A DNA stretch of 62,723 nt, counting the filler, from Deltaproteobacteria bacterium (GTDB taxonomy: Bacteria > JAUYMQ01), in assembly GCA_030698575.1 (NCBI GenBank). It is 15 parts of 15 records of this genome, joined end to end, with 100 filler letters (N's around TTAATTAATTAA, not from the genome) between each part and the next. Parts side by side here need not be neighbours in the genome. Positions count along the whole stretch, not along the records: positions 16,482 to 20,659 come from JAUYMQ010000390.1; positions 20,760 to 24,438 come from JAUYMQ010000403.1; positions 24,539 to 27,418 come from JAUYMQ010000417.1; positions 27,519 to 34,079 come from JAUYMQ010000431.1; 11 more parts are not named here. One strand, 5' to 3'. A program made the position numbers and the translations under genes. The notes beneath the pieces are model-generated. The model did not search any database. It saw nothing but the letters and a program-made list of their open reading frames with translations, and was not told the DNA's origin. Below are positions 19,659 to 29,232 of this stretch, piece after piece (the first letter of the stretch is position 1; every line of letters starts with the position of its first letter).

Positions 19659-20659
19659 CAAGCCTGCCCCGGGTTCACGACCCGGCGGTAGACGTTCAGC
19701 GCCTGCCGGCCAATCGATTCGACCAGCGTGTTCCCCCCCAGGCACTTTGCGCAGGTCCTGGTCGGGGGACGAAGCGACTTGAAGGAGCCGACGAAGTCCG
19801 AGACCGGCGTCGCTCCCAGAATCTCCTTCAGCGGAAGATCCTTCACGTTTCCAAGCGAGGTCCTCCCCTCGGCGTCCAGGCAGCACGCAGTCACCCGGCC
19901 GTCCGCCAGAACGGCGAACTGCTCGTTGTAGCCGCCGCAGTAGGAAATGCGCGCGGGATATTTTGTCTCGACCTGGTCGGCTTCCTGTTGCCACCATCGC
20001 ATGATCTGCCCGGTCAGGATGCTCGCCCCCGGGGTCAGGGGAATGCGGTCGCTGCCCCTGAAGCGGTCGGGGTAAGCCTCCCGCAGCGCCTCGGCGGACA
20101 TGCCGGAAAATTCCTCTCCCCAGGCGCGCAACCGCGCCATCACGGCCTCCGTGCTGTAGAGCGCCCCCTGGTGCGGTACCTTCTCCCGCAGTTTGTCCCT
20201 GAATCGATCCACGAACAGGCGGACGACGACTGCCGTGGGATGATCCGGACCCCGCGCGCAGGAATCGGAGATGAGGGAGCGCACCTGCTTGAGATAGCTC
20301 TCGTAGTCAAGCGTCTTCGACGCCTTGAAGATCTCCGAGTAGTACTCATCATTCGGGCTGCGCAGGCTGACCGATATCTTCCGGAGACCGGTGTCGAGCA
20401 GCGCGGCGCTCATCGCCGGGGAGAGGCGGCTGCCGTTTGTAACGAGGGATACATCGAGGCCGGACTCCGTCGCGACGCGGCAGAACTCCACGAGGTGCTT
20501 GTGCAGCGTCGGCTCGCCCATGACGTGAAAGCTGATCGATTCGGCGAGCGCGTCGCGGCTGATCTGCCCGATGAGGTCCAGCACCATCTCGCGTGGCATC
20601 GTGAGCAGGGGGCGTTCGAGGCTCACGAGGGGGCAGAAGGAGCACCGGAAGTTGCAGGC
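19658..20659 (-). CDS. Radical SAM/SPASM-domain protein, 5' truncated
   Basis: CNFRCSFC at the contig edge; MGEPTLH; VTNG; C-terminal C...DGRVTACCLD...GNV...CAKC. Confidence 0.9.
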   Translation of the reverse strand, partial: ACNFRCSFCPLVSLERPLLTMPREMVLDLIGQISRDALAESISFHVMGEPTLHKHLVEFCRVATESGLDVSLVTNGSRLSPAMSAALLDTGLRKISVSLRSPNDEYYSEIFKASKTLDYESYLKQVRSLISDSCARGPDHPTAVVVRLFVDRFRDKLREKVPHQGALYSTEAVMARLRAWGEEFSGMSAEALREAYPDRFRGSDRIPLTPGASILTGQIMRWWQQEADQVETKYPARISYCGGYNEQFAVLADGRVTACCLDAEGRTSLGNVKDLPLKEILGATPVSDFVGSFKSLRPPTRTCAKCLGGNTLVESIGRQALNVYRRVVNPGQA

Positions 20660-20759
20660 NNNNNNNNNNNNNNNNNNNNNNNNNNNNNNNNNNNNNNNNN
20701 NNNTTAATTAATTAANNNNNNNNNNNNNNNNNNNNNNNNNNNNNNNNNNNNNNNNNNNN

Positions 20760-21950
20760 AAGCAGTTGCTCGCGCGGCACGGCGTGCCGCTGCCGAAGAG
20801 CAAGTTCGTGACCGACGCGGACGCCGCCGCGGGCGCTGCGTTCGACTTCGGCGTGCCCGTGGTGCTCAAGTCGCAGGTGCTCTCCGGCGGCCGCATGAAG
20901 GCCGGCGGCGTGAAGTTCGCCGACACCCCCGGCGAGGCCGCGAAGCACGCCGAGGCGATACTCAAGCTCGAGATCAAGGGCCTCAAGCCTGTCTGCTTAC
21001 TCGTCGAGCAGAAGGCCCCCGTCAAGAAGGAGTACTACGCGGGGGTCACCTGGGACGGCGTGGCCAAGAAGCCGGTCATCATCTTCAGCGACATGGGCGG
21101 CATCGACATCGAGGAAGTCGCCGAGACCCATCCCGAGCACATCTCGAAGACCCACTTCTCGAACATCGTCCCGTTCACCGACTACATCGCCAAGGAAGCG
21201 GTCTCCAAGGTCGGCGTCAGCGGCAGCGAGCTGAACGCCATCTCGCGCATCGTGGCCAACCTGGCACGGCTTTTCACGACTTACGACCTGACGCTCGCCG
21301 AGATCAATCCGCTGGGCCTCATCGAAGAGGGGGGAAAGACCCGCTTCGTCTGCCTCGACGGCCACGTCGACATGGAGGAGGAGGCGCGGGACCGGCAGGC
21401 GAAGATCCTCGACGAGCTGGGGATCGACAAGAGCGAGACGCGCCAGGCGCGCCCGCCGACCCCCTTCGAGATCAAGGGGGCCGAGGTCGACGCGGCGGAC
21501 CACCGCGGCGTGGCGGGACGCGTGGTCGAGTTCGAGGGCGATCTCGGGCTGGTGATCGGCGCGGGCGGCGGGAGCCTCACACTCTTTGACGCCGTCAGGA
21601 AGCACGGCGGGCGGGCGGCGAACTACTGCGAAATCGGCGGCAATCCCAGCGTCAAGAAGGCCTGCGAGCTGACCAAGCTCATCCTCTCGAAGCCCGGCGT
21701 GAAGAAGATCGCCGTCATGATGAACGTCGTTTCGAACACCCGGGTCGACATCGTGGCCCGCGGCGTCATCAAGGGCGTTGTCGAGTCGGGGCACGACCCG
21801 GCTGAGAAGATCGCCATCTTCCGCATCCCGGGCTCTTGGGAGGACGAGGGGTTCAAGATCCTGAAGAAATACGGCGTGGAGTACTGCGACCGCACTGTCT
21901 CAATGCACGAGGCCGCGCGCCGCGCCGTCGCCAAGATGAAGGAGCTCTGA
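20760..21950 (+). CDS. Succinyl-CoA synthetase beta-like subunit (atypical), 5' truncated
   Basis: VVLKSQVLSGGRMKAGGV, EINPL, ANYCEIGG; substrate loops diverge from SucC. Confidence 0.88.
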   Translation, partial: KQLLARHGVPLPKSKFVTDADAAAGAAFDFGVPVVLKSQVLSGGRMKAGGVKFADTPGEAAKHAEAILKLEIKGLKPVCLLVEQKAPVKKEYYAGVTWDGVAKKPVIIFSDMGGIDIEEVAETHPEHISKTHFSNIVPFTDYIAKEAVSKVGVSGSELNAISRIVANLARLFTTYDLTLAEINPLGLIEEGGKTRFVCLDGHVDMEEEARDRQAKILDELGIDKSETRQARPPTPFEIKGAEVDAADHRGVAGRVVEFEGDLGLVIGAGGGSLTLFDAVRKHGGRAANYCEIGGNPSVKKACELTKLILSKPGVKKIAVMMNVVSNTRVDIVARGVIKGVVESGHDPAEKIAIFRIPGSWEDEGFKILKKYGVEYCDRTVSMHEAARRAVAKMKEL

Positions 21951-21953
21951 GCG

Positions 21954-22859
21954 ATGTCAATCCTCATCACGAAGGACTCGACCTTCATCATCCAGGGCAT
22001 CACCGGCCGTGAGGCCGTGAACACCACGCGCGAGGCCCTCGACTACGGCTCGAAGGTCGTGGGTGGCGTGACCCCGGGCCGGAAGGGGCGCGATGTTTAC
22101 GGCGTGCCTGTCTACGACACGGTGAAGGAAATCACCAGCAAGACGCGCGTCGACGGCACCGTCATCGCCGTGCCGGCGCCCTTCGTGCGCGACGCGGCCT
22201 TCGAGGCCATCGAGGCCGGCATCAAGATTATCGTGATCGTGACCGAGCGAATTCCCCGCCGCGAGGTGGCGCAGCTCGTTGAACTGGCCGACATGCGCGG
22301 AGCGCGTGTCATCGGGCCCAACTGCCTCGGCATCCTCTCGCCCGGCGAGGCGAAGATGGGGGCGCTGGGCGGCCGCGCCGACGACGTGAAGAAGGCCTTC
22401 AAGAAAGGGCCCATCGGCGTCATGAGCCGATCCGGCGGCATGACCACCGAGATCTCGAGCACCCTCACCGCCGCCGGCCTCGGACAGAGCACCGCCGTGT
22501 CGATCGGCGGCGACGCCATCATCGGCTCGGCCTACGCCGACCTCATGCCGCTCTACGAGGCCGACGCCCAAACGAAGGCGATCGTGATCTACAGCGAGCC
22601 CGGCGGCCAGATGGAGGCGCAGCTCGCGACCTGGGTAAAGGAGAACAACTCGCGCCTTCCCGTGGTGGCTTTCATGGCGGGACGCTTCATGGACGAGATG
22701 CCGGGCATGCGCTTTGGCCACGCCGGCACGATCGTCGAGGGGAAGGCCGACACCACGGCCGAGAAGATCAGGCGCATGGAGGACGCGGGGATCACGGTGG
22801 CGGAGGAGATCTCGCAGATTCCGGATCTGGTCAAGAAACGTTTAGCGGAGATTAACTGA
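21954..22859 (+). CDS. Succinyl-CoA synthetase alpha-like subunit
   Basis: QGITG, GGVTPG, IGPNCLG, SRSGG, phospho-His motif RFGHAG. Confidence 0.92.
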   Translation: MSILITKDSTFIIQGITGREAVNTTREALDYGSKVVGGVTPGRKGRDVYGVPVYDTVKEITSKTRVDGTVIAVPAPFVRDAAFEAIEAGIKIIVIVTERIPRREVAQLVELADMRGARVIGPNCLGILSPGEAKMGALGGRADDVKKAFKKGPIGVMSRSGGMTTEISSTLTAAGLGQSTAVSIGGDAIIGSAYADLMPLYEADAQTKAIVIYSEPGGQMEAQLATWVKENNSRLPVVAFMAGRFMDEMPGMRFGHAGTIVEGKADTTAEKIRRMEDAGITVAEEISQIPDLVKKRLAEIN

Positions 22860-23077
22860 TGGCGATGTTCATCCGGGTCGAGGTCGATCCGAAGACGGCG
22901 TCCGACGCAGCCTTGGCGAAGAAACTGGTCGAGGTCTGCCCCGTGAACATCTTCGCGCTAGACACCAGCAGTAAATTGAAGATCGAGGAGGACAACCTCG
23001 ACGAGTGCACGCTCTGCGACCTCTGCCTCCAGGCCGTCCCCGATGGCAGCGTGCGGGTGGTGAAGCTGTACGAGTAG
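22859..23077 (+). CDS. Small ferredoxin (probably one [4Fe-4S])
   Basis: VCPV plus CTLCDLC; only four Cys. Confidence 0.85.
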   Translation: MAMFIRVEVDPKTASDAALAKKLVEVCPVNIFALDTSSKLKIEEDNLDECTLCDLCLQAVPDGSVRVVKLYE

Positions 23078-23085
23078 CGCTTCTC

Positions 23086-24102
23086 TCAGAACTCCACCAT
23101 GACCTTCGATTGCGTGTTCGGGATCGCGAGCGCCTTGAAGGCGTCGGGCACACCCTCCACTCCGATGACGTCGGTGATCATCGCATCGGCATTGAGGCCG
23201 CCGCCGGCCAGCGCGTCGACGACCTCCTGGAACTCGCCTTTCGTGTAGGCAAGCACGAACTTCAACTCCACTTCCTTCATGATGCCGATGACGGGCATGA
23301 GCGTGTCGGGCTCCATGCAGACGCCCACGACCACGACGCGCCCCTGGATTCCCGCCATCTGGACTGCCTCGTTGATCGTCCCCGGCACTCCAACACATTC
23401 GAAGATCACGTCGGGCTCGCGCCCGCAGGCGTCGAACAACGACGAGCGGGGATCCTGCTTGCCAGGATCGACGACCAGGTCGGCGCCGAGGCGTTCGGCT
23501 AACTTTCGCCGCCCCTCGGCGGGATCCGAGACAACGACGCAACCCGCTCCCTCACGCTTCGCCCAGAGGGTGCAAACCTGTCCGATGGGCCCGCCGCCCA
23601 TGACGACCACGCCGGCTCCCGCCTGCATGCGGGCCTGCCGCACGGCGTGAAGGCCCACCGCCAGCGGCTCGACCAGCGCGCCCTGGCGGAAGCTCACATT
23701 CTCGGGGAGACGCACCAGATCCTGCGGAGAGACGCGCGCATATTCCGCGTAGGCGCCCGGGATATCGCCCCAGCCGATCGCCCGGGCACCGCGGGTGCAA
23801 AAGGTCACCTCGCCAGCCTTGCAGCGCTCGCACCCGCCGCAGGAGTGGAGCGGTAGCGGCGCCACGCGCTCGCCGACCCGCCATCCGGTGACGCCCTGCC
23901 CCAGCTCCGCGATGACGCCCGAGAACTCGTGCCCCATGATGCAGTCGGGGACCAGCGTCAGGCCGAGTTTTGCGGCGTGCAGATCACTGCCGCAGATGCC
24001 GCAGTTCTTGACTTCGAGCAGCATCTCGCCCGGCTCGGGACGCAGATCGGCCACGTCTTCGACGGCGAGCGAGTCAGGGCCCTTCCAGAGCACCGCCTTC
24101 AT
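23086..24102 (-). CDS. Zn-dependent medium-chain alcohol dehydrogenase
   Basis: CGICGSDLH, GHEFSG, CGGCERC...C, GGGPIG. Confidence 0.93.
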   Translation of the reverse strand: MKAVLWKGPDSLAVEDVADLRPEPGEMLLEVKNCGICGSDLHAAKLGLTLVPDCIMGHEFSGVIAELGQGVTGWRVGERVAPLPLHSCGGCERCKAGEVTFCTRGARAIGWGDIPGAYAEYARVSPQDLVRLPENVSFRQGALVEPLAVGLHAVRQARMQAGAGVVVMGGGPIGQVCTLWAKREGAGCVVVSDPAEGRRKLAERLGADLVVDPGKQDPRSSLFDACGREPDVIFECVGVPGTINEAVQMAGIQGRVVVVGVCMEPDTLMPVIGIMKEVELKFVLAYTKGEFQEVVDALAGGGLNADAMITDVIGVEGVPDAFKALAIPNTQSKVMVEF

Positions 24103-24177
24103 GATTCCTCCTCGGTGGCAAGCAACGGAGCGTCATTCTAGGGAGCGCCCCTCGGCGGATCAAGCGCCTCCCCGCAT

Positions 24178-24234
24178 GTCATTGCGAGGAGGGCCGCCGG
24201 GGAATTGCTTCGTCGCTTCGCTCCTCGCAACGAC
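24178..24234. repeat. GTCATTGCGAG-type palindromic element, internally deleted copy
   Basis: GTCATTGCGAGGAG...ATTGCTTCGTCGCTTCGCTCCTCGCAACGAC. Confidence 0.85.
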
Positions 24235-24325
24235 AGGGCCGGGCGCCCGACGCCTGGATTGCCCCCGGGGACCGCGTTGCGTATCATACCCGCGTCCCCA
24301 CCTCGCACGCCGGAGTGCGCCCTCC

Positions 24326-24438
24326 ATGGAACTCCCACTCCTGAAGCACGAGTACGCCACGGTCCGCGGGCTGCGCATTCACTACGTCACGGCTGGCGAA
24401 GGCGACCCCGTACTCCTCCTGCACGGCTTCCCGCAAAC
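24326..24438 (+). CDS. Alpha/beta hydrolase (epoxide hydrolase-like), 3' truncated
   Basis: RIHYVTAGEGDPVLLLHGFPQ. Confidence 0.85.
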
Positions 24439-24538
24439 NNNNNNNNNNNNNNNNNNNNNNNNNNNNNNNNNNNNNNNNNNNNTTAATTAATTAANNNNNN
24501 NNNNNNNNNNNNNNNNNNNNNNNNNNNNNNNNNNNNNN

Positions 24539-24804
24539 TCGTCGGCCTCGAGATGGGCGTCACGACCTTCGACGCCGCCATTGGCGGGCTTGGCGGCTGC
24601 CCCTACGCGCCCGGCGCCTCGGGCAATCTCCCCACGGAGGATCTCGTGCAGCTCCTTCACGGAATGGGCGTCGAGACCGATATCGATTACGAGAAGCTCA
24701 TCGAGGCGGCGCGGCTGGCGCGCCAGCTTGTGGGCCGACCGCTCCCGAGCCACATGCTCGCCGCCTCGGAAGGCCCCCGCGGCGTGCCACCCATTCACGG
24801 CTGA
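24539..24804 (+). CDS. Hydroxymethylglutaryl-CoA lyase C-terminus, 5' truncated
   Basis: FDAAIGGLGGCPYAPGASGNLPTEDL. Confidence 0.93.
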
Positions 24805-24818
24805 GGATCCGACCCCCC

Positions 24819-25871
24819 ATGACGGGATTGCTCGACCCCGAACAGATAGTCGCCCAGTACCACGACATCCTCGAACCGCTCTTCGAGATGAAGGGTATCG
24901 AGGCCTTCGAGTTCGTTTGCACGCTGCTCCAGGTGGGAACGGACGAATCCATCGGCTGGGATCCGCTGCAAGAGTCGCGGGAGTTCGTGACCGATCTGAG
25001 CGCGCTCTCGGGCATGGAGCTGCCAAAAAAGCGGCTCGCCAACGCGGGGCGCACGCGGGTCAGGCTGGCGCTGCTCTATTACTCACATCTCATGGAGATG
25101 GCGGCGCCCTATCACACCATCGCCAACCTCCTGCGCGTGCGCGCGGGGATGCCCTACGTCGACGATCCATTCTTTCACCTGGTGCCTCGGCGGCCGGGCG
25201 GGAAGGAGCGGCGGCGCTCGCGCTGGATGGGCTCGGCGGTCGGCACCCACCAGAAGATCGACGAGATCAAGCGCATGGCCGAGGTGGCCGGTCACCCGCG
25301 CGTCGGGCGCGCCTTCGACGCCTTCTACCAGCCCGATCTTTTGCGCGCGGTCCACGAGTCGGGCTTCGTGCTGCGCGGCGGCGAGCTACTGATGCCCCGG
25401 GGACCCCGCGCCAGGGCCGGCGACGAGGCCGGCGAGAACACGATGCCCGCCGAATGGCTTGCCGAGATCTTCACGCGGGCCTACGCCTACTTTCACGCCT
25501 TCATGAAGCTCGAAACGAGGGCGCGGAAGGAATACGCGAAGCTCCGGGGAAAGTGCGTGCCCTATGAAATTGAACTGAAGGCGCTGCTCGAGCTGCTCTT
25601 CGACAAGCAGGAGGTCCTGCAGGGGTTCAAGGTGCACTGGCCGAACAAATTGGAGTCGGTCTTTCGGCGGACGGGTGCGCGGTGCGAGCTGGTGAACGTC
25701 AAGATTGATTCCGACGGCAGCGTGAACCTCTACATGGGGGAGATCCATCGCGACCACCACCCCCAGACCGCGCTGGTGCCCAAGGGTGGCGCGCTGGAGT
25801 ACACTCCGGCCGAGGGGAGCGACCAGCCCCCGCGCTGGCCCAAGGGGCTGGAGTCGAAGCCGGAAGAGTAG
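24819..25871 (+). CDS. Hypothetical protein (350 aa)
   Basis: Long ORF with host-like GC-rich third positions; GAGG RBS; no recognised motif. Confidence 0.8.
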   Translation: MTGLLDPEQIVAQYHDILEPLFEMKGIEAFEFVCTLLQVGTDESIGWDPLQESREFVTDLSALSGMELPKKRLANAGRTRVRLALLYYSHLMEMAAPYHTIANLLRVRAGMPYVDDPFFHLVPRRPGGKERRRSRWMGSAVGTHQKIDEIKRMAEVAGHPRVGRAFDAFYQPDLLRAVHESGFVLRGGELLMPRGPRARAGDEAGENTMPAEWLAEIFTRAYAYFHAFMKLETRARKEYAKLRGKCVPYEIELKALLELLFDKQEVLQGFKVHWPNKLESVFRRTGARCELVNVKIDSDGSVNLYMGEIHRDHHPQTALVPKGGALEYTPAEGSDQPPRWPKGLESKPEE

Positions 25872-25894
25872 GGCAGGGCGCGCAGAACGCGCAT

Positions 25895-25997
25895 ATCATT
25901 GCGAGGCCCCCGAAGGGGGCCGAAGCAATCCCCCGCGCACTCGGCGCGGGAGGCATTAGCCGGGAGATTGCTTCGTCGCTTCGCTCCTCGCAATGAC
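25895..25997. repeat. GTCATTGCGAG-type palindromic element
   Basis: ATCATTGCGAGG..GAAGCAATC..GATTGCTTC..CCTCGCAATGAC nested inverted repeats. Confidence 0.9.
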
Positions 25998-26021
25998 AGC
26001 ATTAAACCGGAGCAACCGTAA

Positions 26022-27418
26022 ATGCGTGACGATTCAGAACTTGAAAAGCAGATAGGGCGCATCAAGAAGGGTGGGGCGCCCAAGTACCACGAGAAGGCGA
26101 AGGAGAGCGGCAAGCTCTTCGTGCGCGACCGGCTCGCGCGGCTGCTCGACGCGGGCTTCGAGACGGTCGAGGACGGCCTCCTGGCCCACGTCTCCGACGA
26201 CGCATTCCCGGCCGACGGCGTGGTGACAGTGATCGGAAAGATCGCCGGGCGCCCCGTGGCCGTCATGGCGAACGACTCGACGATCAAGGCGGGGAGCTGG
26301 GGGAGGCGCACGGTCGAGAAGATTATTCGCATCCAGGAGACGGCGCTGCGGCTGGGCATCCCGATCCTCTATCTGGTGGATTCGGCCGGCGCGCGCATCA
26401 CCGATCAGATCGACATGTTCCCCGGGCGCCGTGGCGCCGGGAAGATCTTCTACAATCAGACGAAGCTTTCGGGCCGTGTCCCGCAGGTCTGCCTCCTGTT
26501 CGGGCCGAGCGCTGCCGGCGGCGCCTACATTCCGGCCTTCTGCGACATCGTGGTCATGGTCGAGAAGAACGCGAGCATGTACCTCGGCTCGCCGCGCATG
26601 GCCGAGATGGTCATCGGCGAGAAGGTCACGCTTGAGCAGATGGGTGGCGCGCGCATGCACTGCAGCGTGTCGGGCTGCGGCGACGTGCTGGTGCCGACCG
26701 AGGAAGCGGCCATCGAGTACTGCAAGCACTACCTGGCGTACTTGCCGACGAACTGCGGACAGGAGGCGCCGCTGGCGGCGGCCGCACCGCCCGCCGACAC
26801 CGAGGCGGGACTCGAGGATCTGATCCCCAAGAACCAGAACGTCCCCTTCGACATGCACCTGGTGCTGGCGCGGCTCATCGATGGCGGCTCGTGGGTCGAG
26901 ATAAAGTCGCTCTTCGCGGGCGAGCTGCTCACCGGCTTCGCCCGCATCGAGGGCCGTCCGGTCGGCATCGTGGCGAGCCAGCCTGCGGTCAAGGGGGGCG
27001 TGCTGTTCGTCGACTCGGCCGACAAGGGCGCGCGGTTCATCTGGCTCTGTGACGCCTTCAACATCCCGCTCGTCTTCCTCGCCGACGTGCCGGGATTCAT
27101 GATCGGCACGAAGGTCGAACGCCAGGGGATCATCCGGCATGGCGCCAAGATGATCGCGAGCGTGTCGGAGTCGACCGTGCCGCGCATCAGCGTGATACTC
27201 AGGAAGGCCTACGGCGCGGGCCTCTACGCCATGAGCGGCCCGGGCTTCGAGACCGACGTGACGCTCGCGCTGCCGAACGCCATGATCGCCGTTATGGGCC
27301 CCGAGGCGGCGGTGAACGCCGTCTACGCCAACAAGATCGCCGAGCTTCCCGAGAAGGACCGACCGAAGTACATCGAGGAGAAGCGCGCCGAGTTCCGCGA
27401 GGACGTCGACATCGCGCG
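26022..27418 (+). CDS. Acyl-CoA carboxylase carboxyltransferase subunit (MCC/YngE-like), 3' truncated
   Basis: LVDSAGAR, AAGGAYIPA, DVPGFMIG, RKAYGAG, AVMGPEAA. Confidence 0.95.
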
Positions 27419-27518
27419 NNNNNNNNNNNNNNNNNNNNNNNNNNNNNNNNNNNNNNNNNNNNTTAATTAATTAANNNNNNNNNNNNNNNNNNNNNNNNNN
27501 NNNNNNNNNNNNNNNNNN

Positions 27519-28158
27519 GAAGAGCAGCGCACCTGATCTGATGGAGCCCACGGCCGCGACCTGGCTGGGAGCGCCCGCCGAGCGGGTTGCGCTCGGGCCC
27601 ACACCGATCGGGCTCCAGCCGACCCCTTACATCCAGGCCCGCTATGAAGGGGTGCCCTACGGCGAGACCGCCCAGGTCGAGGTCCGCGCACTGACCGACG
27701 GCCAGGCGATCTTCATTCACCTCACCTGGTCCGACGGAACGGACGATCACCAGCCGCGGGGCACCGAGGGCTTCGCGGACGGCGCGTCCCTCGCGTTCCC
27801 GCTGCTCGGCGACGCGCCAATCATCACGATGGGCAGCCCGGACGCCCCGATCAACGCATGGCTCTGGCGGGCCAACCAGGAGGGCGAAGCCGGCCGAAAC
27901 GTGATCGCGAGCGGCATCGGCACTTCCTTCGCGACCGCCCCGAGCACGGTCCGCTGCAAGGGCGTCTTGAATGAAGGCCGCTGGTCCGTCGTATTCTCGC
28001 GGCCTCTCAGCGTGCCCGAGGCCGCGGGGGGCGGCGTACAGCTGGGGCCAGGTGCGGAGACCAAGTTCGGAGTGGCGATCTGGAACGGCTCCAAGAACGA
28101 GCGGGCGGGTATCAAGGCCTACTCCGAGGCCTGGCACACCCTCAAGATCGCAGGCTGA
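27519..28158 (+). CDS. Type II DMSO-reductase-family heme b gamma subunit (EbdC-like), probably 5' truncated
   Basis: FADG...TMGS (Met ligand), NAWLW, AIWNGSKNERAGIK (Lys ligand). Confidence 0.88.
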
Positions 28159-28175
28159 GGAAAAGGGGGTAGACG

Positions 28176-29204
28176 ATGAGCGTCACGACGGCGAAGCGGC
28201 AACTGGCGATGGTCATGGATCTCAACAAGTGTCTCGGTTGCCACACCTGCACGATTGCCTGCAAGCGGCTCTGGACCCGCGAGGAAGGCATGGAGTACAT
28301 GTGGTGGAACACCGTGAACACTCAGCCCGGGGGCGGCACGCCGAGAAACTGGGAGGAGATGGGCGGCGGGTACCGCGACGGGAAGGTCCGGCCCGGCAAG
28401 CTCCCCTCCCGCAAGGACTTCGGCGAAGCCTGGGAGTTCAACTACGACGAGGTCTTCTACAAAGGCAAGGGTGACAGCGTCCATCTGAAGGTCGTCGGCG
28501 AAGAGCCGGACTGGGGACCTAACTGGGACGAGGACCAGGGCGCGGGAGTGTATCCGAACAGCTACTACTTCTACCTGCCGCGGATCTGCAACCACTGCAC
28601 CCACCCCGCGTGCCTCGAGTCGTGCCCCCGCAAAGCCATCATCAAGCGCGAGGACGACGGCGTCGTGCTCATCGACGAGGAGCGCTGCCGCGGCTACCGC
28701 TTCTGCATGGAGGCCTGCCCCTACAAGAAGATCTACTTCAACGAGAGCACGAAGGTCGCGCAGAAGTGCATCTTCTGCTTCCCCCGGATCGAAAAGGGCG
28801 TGGCCCCGGCATGCGCACGGCAGTGCCCGGGCCGCGTGCGCTTCGTGGGATATCTCGATGATCCGGCCGGCCCGATCCACAAGCTGGTAAAGACGTGGAA
28901 GGTGGCGATCCCGCTCCACCCGGAGTTCGGCACGGAGCCCAACGTCTTCTACGTGCCGCCCATCGCCCCGCCGCAGTTCGACGCCGAGGGGAACATCGAC
29001 GAGACCAATCCGCGGATCCCGACGGAGTATCTCCACTCGCTGTTCGGACCCGCGGTCGACGGCGCGCTCGAGACCCTCAAGGCCGAGATGGCCAAGACAC
29101 GGGGCGGGGCGAAGTCGGAGCTGATGGATCTGCTCATCGCCTACAAGTGGACCGACATGTTCAAGCCCTTCGACAAGGACCCGGCGAAGATCATCTGGAC
29201 GTGA
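28176..29204 (+). CDS. Type II DMSO-reductase-family Fe-S beta subunit (EbdB-like)
   Basis: DLNKCLGCHTC, PNWDED, YLPRICNHCTHPAC, CRGYRFC, KCIFC, PEFGTEPN. Confidence 0.95.
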   Translation: MSVTTAKRQLAMVMDLNKCLGCHTCTIACKRLWTREEGMEYMWWNTVNTQPGGGTPRNWEEMGGGYRDGKVRPGKLPSRKDFGEAWEFNYDEVFYKGKGDSVHLKVVGEEPDWGPNWDEDQGAGVYPNSYYFYLPRICNHCTHPACLESCPRKAIIKREDDGVVLIDEERCRGYRFCMEACPYKKIYFNESTKVAQKCIFCFPRIEKGVAPACARQCPGRVRFVGYLDDPAGPIHKLVKTWKVAIPLHPEFGTEPNVFYVPPIAPPQFDAEGNIDETNPRIPTEYLHSLFGPAVDGALETLKAEMAKTRGGAKSELMDLLIAYKWTDMFKPFDKDPAKIIWT

Positions 29205-29232
29205 CCGTTTCGCACTCCCCGGAGGCATCCCC

